Shown here piece by piece: positions 24,001 through 33,700 of a stretch of 64,000 nt of DNA. The stretch lies in contig OZ037770.1 in NCBI GenBank assembly GCA_964035545.1, positions 13,692,642 to 13,756,641 on the forward strand. The letters are read 5' to 3'. The DNA is from Bugula neritina (taxonomy: Eukaryota > Animalia > Bryozoa). Numbering within the stretch: the stretch's first letter is position 1; each line of letters starts with the position of its first letter. The notes under the pieces are model-generated. The model was given only the letters and a program-made list of their open reading frames with translations, did no database searches and was not told the DNA's origin. Position numbers and translations under genes: made by a program.

Positions 24001-25924
24001 GCGCGTGCGTCAACACGAGAGTTTGTATTAATTGAATTTCTAGACATCAACATACCAAGCAAGTATCTCTAAACTTGACGGCGTCGTCTGCTGAGGTAAA
24101 ATTGAAGCCCCAGTGTTTGCCGGTTGCTGCATCTTTAAGGTGGATGAAGCTCTCGGTAGGCTGCTTGAGTTTTGTACCTGCAGAGCAAGAAAATGCTAGC
24201 TGAAGAGTGGTTAGTAAAAACCTCATATCTACAAAAGTTCTTTCTAGAACCAAGAACTGCTAGCAACATTGTATTAACTATGTGGAACATAGAGCAAAAA
24301 CTACAGAAAAATGAAACATTGATGATGATAAGTAACTAGGAAGGTAATTGTGAATAAAGACGGAAAATTACATCAGCAAGTTGTTTTCACTCCACCTAAC
24401 AAACCCCCTCAAGGAGCGGAGATAAAAAGCAACCAAATTTAATGAAGTTTGCGGCAGATAGACTTAGCTCCTAACTACATTAATCAACTGCGCTTTAACA
24501 GACAGGAAATCAAACAACGTAATTAAGTGTCAACTGCAAAATGACATCTTGAATAGTAGAGACATTCCTCAGAAAGAATATTTACAAAAGGAAAATGATG
24601 ATAATAAAAAGATAGCCTGCAAAGCTCAGAACAGATAATGCAACTATATTCCAGTGAGAATAACCACATCGCCTTGCTTGAAAAAGTACATAGGCCACGA
24701 GAAAGGCTTGGACCCCCGATTTGTGGCTTATGAATGTATATATAGGGATAAAATGTCCGAATGTAATAGATCCATGAGTTAAATCTGGTATTCTACTATG
24801 TCACGACTAAAGGTTTGGGGACCCGTAGTGGAGATATGGAGTGAGCACTGTACAACAATGTGTAAAGTAGGCGATTTCTAAACTTTCTCATGGTACTGAA
24901 TAGGTACTGAGAATTTGAGATGTTATCAGATTGAGAGTGTACTGTCACTCACCTGGCTGTACAATCTTCACGTCACATATTTTCTCCACCTGGCTGTTGT
25001 AGGCTCTGATGAGGTAGACGGTGTGAGGGTCATCGGACACGCAGGTAACACTGGCAGGTACCACATCTTCTGTTATCTTATGCCACTGTAAGTCGGCTTC
25101 AGAGGAGTCGTCTTCTCTCACGTTGAACAAGTCTACCCACAGCCTGTGAGTATAAAGCTCACAGTCAACATGTACAGTGAGTGCATTATTAATATAACAA
25201 AATATGAAATACATAAAAATTTGCATTACTGAGTTATACTGTTCCTATTAATCTTATGCATGGGTTGTGATTAATCATAGCTGTCAAAATTACATAATAT
25301 GAGTATATTCCAAATACTTTTGATTAAAAAAGATAAGGTATGTATATGGGGAAGAGGGAAATGAATCAAAGTTTAGTATCCTTCCATACACCAAGAAATA
25401 CTCATTATATATTGCATTCTTAATAAAAACTTATAAAAAACACAAGAAAACAATAGATTTAAACTAGTAGCCTTCAAGCTTTTACCCAATAGCTCTAACA
25501 TAACCTATATATACCAGTGTTGGTGATCAGTTGGTGTAGTGCTGAGTTGATACAGCTTATCACTATAGACATCGAAATGAAATGGCTGCCAAACTTCTAG
25601 CAGTTCAGCATTTTCTGTACCAACTTTTAGCTTTTGTGACAACATATTGAATGTGTTGCCTAACACAAAGTTTAAAGTTCTGTGTATTTTAAAGGTATGT
25701 GGCAGAGTACCATAACACTTATTACTAAAAATCATTTGTGACATTCAATATCAACCTTTAAGCCAAAACACCAAATACCAGTGCAGCCCTAGTGGATGCC
25801 GTATAGTTTTGTCAGGCTACATCCTCACTTACCGTAAGAGATGATCCTTTCTAGAGTTGGCCTTGTGGTAGTCTTCGATATCCTGAGATGTGATTTCATC
25901 CGGTTGTGTTAACTTGTTACCCAT
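1..25924 (-). CDS. sif: Still life (SIF) type 1 / TIAM1-2 family Rac guanine nucleotide exchange factor; 3' end truncated by the window edge
   Basis: Spliced translation begins MGNKLTQP...RKDHLLR|LWVDLFNV...[18 protein letters not shown]|...[17 protein letters not shown] (EVH1, like Drosophila SIF1). It continues with PH (RKAG|WLTVKNW...[12 protein letters not shown]), CC-Ex ([15 protein letters not shown]), RBD, PDZ, DH ([19 protein letters not shown]; [19 protein letters not shown]) and a second PH. Phase-consistent GT-AG exons (minus): 25833-25924, 24953-25143, 24056-24177, [23695-23721], 22637-22812, 22300-22368, 20433-20591, 20334-20390, 19804-19900, 19527-19677, 19049-19144, 18828-18961, 18321-18445, 17941-18058, 17535-17706, 16714-16930, 16076-16205, 15585-15722, 15052-15195, 14699-14857, 14132-14512, 13613-13774, [12974-12994], 11701-11919, 10895-11126, 8895-8992, 4387-4565, 2826-2994, 1839-2122, 1337-1505, 1013-1162, 711-910, <1-598 (open to base 1). 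Confidence 0.93.
1337..4565 (-). CDS. sif: SIF/TIAM DH (RhoGEF) domain exons (4387-4565, 2826-2994, 1839-2122, 1337-1505)
   Basis: DH motifs [84 protein letters not shown]. Confidence 0.93.
3755..3872. repeat. 31-bp minisatellite, ~4 copies (CTA[C/T]ACATTGAATAG[G/T]GAGTAGAAACTCAGA)
   Basis: Direct tandem copies visible. Confidence 0.85.
4292..4396. repeat. ~29-bp tandem repeat spanning the donor of SIF exon 4387-4565
   Basis: CTACACAC(C/A)TT(T)CCATGACATCACACAAA x ~3.5. The rightmost copy includes the exon end and its GT. Confidence 0.75.
5707..5742 (-). CDS. Candidate alternative first coding exon ([12 protein letters not shown]) of a short DH-PH SIF isoform
   Basis: AAAC-ATG context, 12 codons, AAG|GTATGT donor in phase 0 matching the exon starting at 4565. 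GC box and CCAAT motif 240-270 bp upstream. Confidence 0.45.
10227..10298 (-). tRNA. tRNA-Asp(GTC), in a SIF intron, same strand as SIF
   Basis: 72 nt TCCGTGATAGTATAGTGGTAAGTATCCCCGCCTGTCACGCGGGAGACCGGGGTTCGATTCCCCGTCACGGAG. Cloverleaf, A and B boxes, oligo-T terminator downstream (A-run 10212-10220 on +). Confidence 0.97.
10895..11919 (-). CDS. sif: SIF/TIAM PDZ-region exons (11701-11919, 10895-11126)
   Basis: [12 protein letters not shown]...[29 protein letters not shown]|[14 protein letters not shown]: PDZ signature. Confidence 0.9.
11175..11320 (-). mobile_element. Decayed SINE-like element, copy 1
   Basis: Reverse complement contains GATGTTAGGAAGAGCATTCAGTCATAATTGTTCCTGTGCCTCATCTGAAT...GACTATAAA, which aligns with the element at ~16390-16545. 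Confidence 0.5.
12671..12907. repeat. 25-bp purine-rich minisatellite, ~9.5 copies (TA[C/T]AGAGAGAAGAGAATTAGGAGGG)
   Basis: Direct tandem copies. Confidence 0.9.
12974..12994 (-). CDS. sif: Candidate 21-nt microexon (IPPPLQK) between RBD and PDZ exons
   Basis: Minus strand: ttacattCTAATccactctttgcAG|ATTCCACCACCTCTACAGAAG|GTaggg. Phase 0/0, matching the flanking exons. Confidence 0.55.
14132..16205 (-). CDS. sif: SIF/TIAM PH-CC-Ex region exons
   Basis: [79 protein letters not shown]|GTELPNPK. Confidence 0.92.
14961..15036. repeat. (ACT)n microsatellite
   Basis: Visible trinucleotide run just inside the donor at 15051. Confidence 0.9.
16385..16545 (+). mobile_element. Decayed tRNA-derived SINE-like element, copy 2
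   Basis: B-box-like GAGTTCGAACCC followed by GATGTTAGGAAGAACATCCAGCTATAATTGCTTTTGTGCCACATATGAAT...GACTATAAA. A second copy lies at ~11175-11320 (minus). Confidence 0.55.
21091..22100. repeat. 22-bp minisatellite, ~46 copies (ACTGT[G/A]TTACAT[G/A]AGAGAGGAT)
   Basis: Near-identical head-to-tail units with no spacers. Confidence 0.97.
22455..22632. repeat. TAGTAC-rich quasi-palindromic repeat with nested inverted repeats
   Basis: Perfect 26-bp arms 22520-22545 / 22548-22573. Overlapping ~34-bp arms 22529-22562 / 22567-22600. Confidence 0.85.
23695..23721 (-). CDS. sif: Candidate 27-nt microexon (ARAWLANRV) just after the EVH1 domain
   Basis: Minus strand: gactcacatAG|GCTAGAGCATGGCTGGCCAATCGAGTG|GTaagaaa. 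Phase 0/0, matching the flanking exons. Confidence 0.5.
23865..24010. repeat. Imperfect (GT)n microsatellite
   Basis: Visible dinucleotide run. Confidence 0.9.
24056..25924 (-). CDS. sif: SIF N-terminus: myristoylation motif plus EVH1/WH1 domain (exons 25833-25924, 24953-25143, 24056-24177)
   Basis: MGNKLT..., [42 protein letters not shown]. Confidence 0.9.
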
Positions 25925-28900
25925 AATTCATCATTCCCCAACACCAACTATCCTGTGACACATCTGTAGTAGTAGTAATAATAACCATAAAATAGTAATA
26001 GAGATGATAGCGCCAATTATTTCTTTTTTTATTCTATTAGATTTAAAATAGCAGCAAAGTATAAAAAGGGTGTACAAAAAGTTTATGAGAAACAAAGGCA
26101 CTATTTTAAAAATTGAAAAAATTATCCTGGTTAAACCTAATTGATTTAGCAAACTTTGAAATTATGTGCTGTGTACTCTCATGGTCATAAAACAGTAACA
26201 ATACAACTTGATAGCAGATCTAATAAACTTAAACTAATGAGACAATAACAGACCTACTTAAACTGATTTAAAGGAAAAACTTCTTTAGCTTTTTATAATA
26301 GAATAACAGTGAGTTTTAAGTTCAATATTCAGTAATGCAGCCGTCTACCCACCAAGTCGTGCATAGACTGATATATATATATAATTCTCAGATATAAATA
26401 CCACAGTGATATTACAATATACTAAATGAGTGTATGTGTATTTAGAATTCAAAGAATGCATAGCATTGCTACACTCAACAATGCCACAATTGTTAGCAAA
26501 ATCAATTGATTTATGCAACACTGACAATTGACAATAATTAAATATTGTATCAAAGGAACATAAAATATTGATATTGGAACACAAGAGGTGAATGCTATAG
26601 GAATGGATGATTAATCCACCAAAGTATGTGTATTAAGGTGACCATTATGTGAATATAATAGCCTTGTACAGCTACAGGTTGGTGAGAAGACACCAGTGAG
26701 TGGGCACTGAGAAAGGGCTGTTTGCTGTTAAACAGAAGAACTAAAAATAATGGGAACACCAATGCATACATCAATTTACCTCCCAGTTGATCATAATCAC
26801 GAAATTGACAGTAAATCCAACAAGTAAACAGAGTATTTTTTTAAACAAATTAACTTTAAATTAGAAATTAATTTCCAAGGCTTACTTTAAAGTCACTAAA
26901 ATTGTTTAATAGAGGAATAACCTACAAGAAAAATACTATTTTTTTTGCAAATTTAGCAGTTGCAAAACATTTGTAGCTAACAAAGTATACTCTCATACAC
27001 TTAACATAAGGAATAGAACACTGCAAGTTCCAATACAGTTAGTAGACCCCATAAATGATACTATATTGAAGGTGTAGTAGACAGTCTATGAATGGGAGCA
27101 AAAGGGAGTAAAAGAGGGTGGTGTAGGAATGTATTAGCACTAGATATGCATACAGAGTAATCACAACAAACTAGTTTATTAATTTCTAAAGAGTAAACAA
27201 TAGAACATTGATCCAGACCCTAAATACAACTCTAAAGAGGCAATCAGCTAGCAATATACTAATCAATACTATTGTTTTAAGTGATTTTAATGCTCAAGTA
27301 CTTGAGGTTGAGACTACGATATCAATTTACAAAAAACCATTTATTCTGCTAGTGAAAACTTAAATGTTCCGGAAAGAAAACCTATGAGTGGGCTAATCAA
27401 CAGGGCTGCGTTGATAAACTGTCAAGTTAGAGATCAATTGTCAGGGCGACTTTTGCATTTTTTACATTATGATAATTAATTAGAGTTTCAAGTACTAAAG
27501 TAATACGTCATGTCGATATATGTTGGCATTGTTGGCATACAAGAGGTCGAATGAGCTTACATTAAACAGCTTAGCAAAAATATAAAGTGAATCTTTTTAA
27601 AGAGTTCATATGAGTATAAAATGAAACTGGTGTAAAAAGAATAAGCTTAAGTTTGAATATAATACAGAAGATGTCTGAAGTTTATTCAACTCTAAGTAAT
27701 ATTAGATATTCTGAATACAAATGTGTCAGCAAAAGTTCTTTTGTGCAGAACAGACTGTTCAATACAGAAAAGTGAACTTATTTTAATTACTTATTCTGTG
27801 CTGCCAATCAATTGGCTCCTATTAAATAATGAACACATTTTTTGTAGAATACACAATCCAAAATAAAGCTATTTTTAAACTTTGAGTAAAAATTCCAAAT
27901 TTAAACTTTGGAATTAAAACTAGGCAGACAACCCTCAAACTTGCAAACAAATTTCATAAGTATAACTTTTTAAAGAATAAATATAACTTAGAGAAAACAT
28001 GAAAAAGCTAAACCGCCAGTTCTACACAAGTTGAGTTTATTAAGTGTAATTGTAATTGCTGTGCTAGCTCAAATTGACTTTGCTTTTATTTACATAGTAT
28101 CTAGTGATTCACTGGAATACTTCGACTTTACTCTCATACTGCCCATGAGTTAAACCAACAGTAAGTTACTGAGAGCAATAGTTATAGCAATTCTTAAACT
28201 GATTTGGAGCAACAATCACATGTGAAAGTCAGCAAATAGTAACTCAAGCTGTGCAACAAAATGCGACTGTTCTACACTCATACTAATATACATTTAACTA
28301 TTACACATCTGGTGAAGTAACACTAATGTAGAATTAGGCAGTTATCAGACAACAGTGAGAACCTGTATAATGTATAACTATAAAATTATTCAAGTTGTCA
28401 TACTCATGGTAATTATTGTAATACTTGGTCACTGATTTTGCTGTGTGTCATCTATTCACCAAGTGAGCTAATCATTATGATAAAAATAATCATAGTGATA
28501 GTGATACTCATACTAATCCAATTAATTTTTATTGTTACAGTCACAGTTACATCTAGTAATATTCACTAGTAATAGCAATAGTAGTTAGTTACTCACCTTG
28601 ACTTACTCTTAGGCCTACAGCTAACTTGCAGCTAAACTTAGTAAATACAATACCTAGTCTTATACTAATAGTAATAGTTGAACTAGCAATACTAGTAGGG
28701 ATAATTATATTATTAATACCAGTAGCTTTCATTTACAAAGGCTACCTCTAAGAATTTAGTTAAAGTTAAAGTTGAACTAAAACTAAAGTGTTAGCTTTAG
28801 TTCAAGTTTTAGTCTAACTTAAAGTTAAACTTCAAGAGTTATACTCATTCAATAATTCATATCATCAACGATAGTATAACTTATACTATCGTGAATGTAT

Positions 28901-29299
28901 TAGTAATAGTTATAGTATTAGTTATACTTATACTTATAGTCACTATAAGTATAACTATTACTAATAGTAATAGTAATACTATAACTATTACTAATACATT
29001 CACGATTAGTATTACTATTATACTTAGAGTTAGTCACAGCGAGAGTCATAGTGATATAGGATATAGTAAGTAATAGTATTGTATTTCAATTTGTTAAACT
29101 TAAACTTAATCTTAAAGTAAAGGTAAATACTAATACTATAGTAATACTAATACTAATACTATAGTAATACTAATACTAATAGTAATAGTAATACTAATAA
29201 GTTAAACTTAAAGTTAAAGTTAACTGTTAACCCCCCACCACCTAAATGATATAACGCATGAATTAAGTTAGAGACTTTCTTTTAAAATAAAAATCTTAC

Positions 29300-29663
29300 C
29301 AACGTCGTGCGTGATTTAGCTTACTGGAAGTTGGAATACGAGCTAAATACACAAGTCTATGTATTATGTAGATGTATCCATCAATCAATTATTCTGAATG
29401 TGTACGCATCACCAAGCGAAAAACGCCATATTGCTTTATCGTGCACGCCTTGTTCGTGATTGGTTCCAGTAATTGAAGTCTACAAGAACATGAAGATAAC
29501 TCGTCAAATTATTTTTTAGTTTCTTTTTTAAAATAAAAAAAAATTGATTTTTATATATTCTAATAAAAGAAAAATTATTTAAATCAGAGTTGTAAGCATC
29601 AAGACTATTATAGTTTGCATTATAAAACATGGCGGCGTCCATGTGTCATTTTCCGGTAACAAA
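29300..29663. promoter_or_regulatory. Putative bidirectional promoter and first exons of SIF (minus, donor at 29299) and IBTK (plus, donor at 29664)
   Basis: Divergent strong donors (TTG|GTAAGA on minus; AAA|GTAAGT on plus) 364 bp apart. CpG-containing patches flank an A/T-tract core. YY1-like AAACATGGCGGC (+, ~29625) and AATATGGCG (-, ~29425-29433). Confidence 0.6.
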
Positions 29664-30715
29664 GTAAGTTCACTGTATTTACTCAGTAAATACTATTTAC
29701 CTATACTAGCCTTGCATCTTACAATAATCAAAGATGCAGTATGATAGCATTTTTTAGGAGCCTTTTACTTAACTTTAAGTGAACCCTTTATTATATACCT
29801 AATGTCAAAAATAAAGTGTATAAGTAATATAACTTATAAGACTTAAGTCTAAGACTAAGAGTAAGAGTCAGAGTCAGAGTGAGAGTAAGACTAAGACTAA
29901 GAGCATTTAATTTTATTTAATCATTACCATTGGCATTACTATTAGTATTAGTATTGCTATATCTATTAATATTGCTATTAGTATTAGTACTGCTTATACT
30001 TATAGTTATTAAACAGTTACTTTTAACTTTGATTCATCTAAAACGGAAATCAGATAGTCACACTCACAGTGACTATGAAACACACCATCTTATAATAATA
30101 AATAATAAACTCACTAAAACTAAAAGTAGAAGTAAAACTGTGTAATGATGTCATCCCTTGCCCTCGGACAGACTAGATTTGCTATCAGTATTACGGTATC
30201 ACTATCAGTGGGAGTATCACTCTAGCAAGATCTGAAGTTTTGGTCAGCAAGCTGCAAAAATAATCCGCGTGTTTTCAAATCTTTTCTTTTAGTGATCTGT
30301 CAAGTTGGGTTCAAACTTCTGTATTTCCACATCCACTTTTGATGTTTTTGGTTAGCAGTAACATATCTATGGCACCAGAAGAACTCTACAAAGTATCACC
30401 AATCTCCAGAATTGCTTGATAAAAACTTATGTATGACTAATACAGTAATAGTAATAATATTTATTGTCCATTAAAATCATTGTAGTTCTACAGTGATGCT
30501 AGCTATTTTTAATTGTTGTTGCTTTGGACAAAAAACTCTAGCATTTTGATAACTAAGCTTTTTTTAATCTTTATGCTTATAAGTGCAACAGCTTATGTCA
30601 ATCATTGGTTTGGATTTAGACTTTTCATATAGCACAATTTAATTTTAACTTTTTGAATAACTAGTCTCTTATATCAAATTAGGGTACTTCTTTTTAGGCT
30701 GGCCGATGTTGGACC

Positions 30716-33700
30716 ATGTCTAATTGCACATTCAAATGCCGTTCTAAGCAGCATGCCTATGAATTGAGTGTATCCATTCAAAATGGAACAACTGAGCAAG
30801 CAAAGGCATATGTGGCCACTTGCTTTAATGCTTTTAAAGGTTTAGACACATATGGGAGAAATCTGCTGCATGTGGCAGCCGCTAATGGTAAAATTTAAAT
30901 ATTAGAATTAAAAATGATTGAATTTGAGCCATTTCCTGTATTAACTTATAATATTATGTTATACTTATTGTATATAAGGATTAATAAGTTTTTTCTCTAA
31001 TTATCATTTTTTAACTTTCTTTTCTGAAGCAAATTTAAAAATTATAAGCTCATCATATTTAACTAACCTAGGGTTCCTATTTATAGTTGCATATACAACG
31101 ATGATTTTTCTTAAAAAGAAGCTTTCTTAACTATAGTTGAACATAAAGCTATTCTGTAATGGTATACTGCTGTGACCGATTGTCCAGCCAGTCAAATAAA
31201 ACAACTGTGATGGATGATATAAACTTTTATTTGTGATTATGCATCTCTAGTGAGTTCAGGTTTTGGTGCACTGGTTTGGGAAAAATAGAGTTTGCTGAAA
31301 ATCTAGATTTATAAAAATACATAAAACAGTTGTGTTTGCAAAAAATCTTTTGTTAAGAATAGAGTTGAAAATTGATGAGTTGTATAAATATGTTAAACAG
31401 TGGGATGGTCTTGGAGGACAATAAAGCTTTCTTATTGATTTGTAGTTAATTTTGAAAAATTGATGCTTTATGTATATTCCAATTGAGTTTTTTGTGAAAA
31501 GTAAATTATTTTCAGTGTTCTAAATATGATTCTTATTAGTTTTTATTTTTTTGCATTAATTTATCACTTTCACAAATAAGTATATCAATTTTGTCTAAAT
31601 TTTTTATTCGTGTCACGTTTTCTTTGTTTTAAATAGCAATTCTATATTTTGTTTTAAAGGGAAGTTGCAGTTGTTGCTGTGGTTACTAGAAAAAGCTAAA
31701 GGGTCGATAAACACTAAGGACAAAGAGTCTGGATGGACACCCCTACATCGAGCTGTATTCTACGGCCAAATCACATGTGCTATCAACTTAATTAAGGTGC
31801 AGTACACCCCAATAATTTTACATATTATCTATATTGAATAATAACAGAACACCAAGTGTTTTAATTTTTAAACTGTATGAAATATCCATGAATTGCAAAC
31901 ATTTGGTTTTGCTTATTTCAAACTCTGCGATACCTTGTTTGTGTTGAAACTACGTTTGATGTTTACTAAAACTCTGTTTTATGATATGCAATTTTATCTG
32001 CGTGCTAAACCAAAATTATGTTCTATTTTTGGAGTCATTCATCTAGTCTGGTTAAAAAGCAATGTCTTAAGTTAAGTAGTTGTTTTGTAGCAAGGTGCTG
32101 CATTGACGTGTAAAGACAATGAGAATTTAACTGCTCTAGACCTCTGTACCAAAGATCATATATACATGCCGTTTGTACAAAGTCATTCCGAGATTGGTGA
32201 GATAACTACAATGTGTATCAGTAGCACAAAACCGTGAATAAATTTTTAAAATTGTTTCTATCAACTTTCAATATTGGTTGAATGAATTTTCATTTTGATA
32301 GTTTTTGTAGTTATTCAACTAAAAATTAAAAACTTAGCTCTGCAAAGTTCAAAGTTCAGTTTTTATTGAACCTGAGCTGTAATACAAAAGGTAGATCTTA
32401 CATTACTTTGGTATTTGGTTACGGAACATAATACATCTAATATAACATATCTAATAAGTAATATAATATGTATTAAAGTATAACGTAACAATTATATTAT
32501 ACTAAAGTATAATATATATTAAAGTATATAACACCATATATAAATAATATAGTATATATTAAGGTGTAATAAAGCAATAATAATATACTAAAGTACATTG
32601 AGTTGGCAGAGTGTGTATATCAATCCCACATATAATTTCAGGCAGCTACATTGTATACACATGGGGAGACAACTCTAACTACACACTTGGACACGGAAAG
32701 GAATCACGAACCCTCCACCCTGAAGTAGTAGACATGTTCAGAAAAAAGCAGAACACCATTAAAAAGGTGAAAATTTAAATATTTGCCCCTCGTCACCTTT
32801 ATGATTATCAAATAATATTTACAATAATATAATGATTTTGTTGGCTGGCTGAAGTTCATAAACTAGTCAAAAAACCAAATAGAGAAGCGGTTTTGGCGGG
32901 TTTAGCTATACCCTTCCCCATCAATGTGAGTCAAAAACATACAGCGTGTAAATTACTGAAAACTATGCAGATTTCAACAACCTCGTGGCATTTTATTGCT
33001 CCAGTGTTAGTTGAATGAGTGTGCATATTAGAAGGAAGAAGGAAGGAAGACGTATTGTGGGTAAAGTTAATTTTGCATAGCATGAAAAGGAGAGCACGAC
33101 TTCTTATACAATAAACTGATACAAACAAAACACAGATATGCCTTTTCTGGTATAAAATAAGTTGTTGGCTTGTGGTACTCTATGCTTACCTTTATGTCAT
33201 GTAGGTGATTATATTGAATATATACCTTTTGTGTCACGCAGGTACTGATGAGAAGGTATCACACCGTATTCCTCACAGCAGATGGCGCCGTCTACACCTG
33301 TGGCCATGGTAGAGGAGGAAGACTTGGCCTGGGACACGAGAAACCAACTTTAGTAAGTGAATTTGTACCAGTAATGTGAAGCGTAGGAACTCGTAATTTT
33401 GTGAAGTCATCTATTGTTGTGGCTTCATAATCTGGAATGTTGAAAGTTATTTTAGGAAATTCCAATTGTTGCTAATTTATTATTTTAACATTTTTGTTAA
33501 AAAATTTGCACAAGAATTTTTTTAAAAGCTGTAATGCCCTATGTTGACAATTACATTTTTAATCAAAAGATTTTGCAGTTGCGGAGTTTTACAATACCTT
33601 TTAAACTTTGAACTTTAAAACAGCAAAAATAGCAATTTAGAGAAAGACTCTTTATATTTTAAACTTGTGGAATGAAGATCATTTTGCATCCCATCAAAGT

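Noticed and set aside
23731-24072. His/Thr- and Cys/Val-rich ORFs (also 40257-40740)
   Set aside because: Products of (GT)n and (GTCT)n microsatellites.
28891-30145. Hydrophobic signal-peptide-like ORFs 28891-29073 and 29930-30145
   Set aside because: Artefacts of the hexamer mosaic; non-ATG starts.
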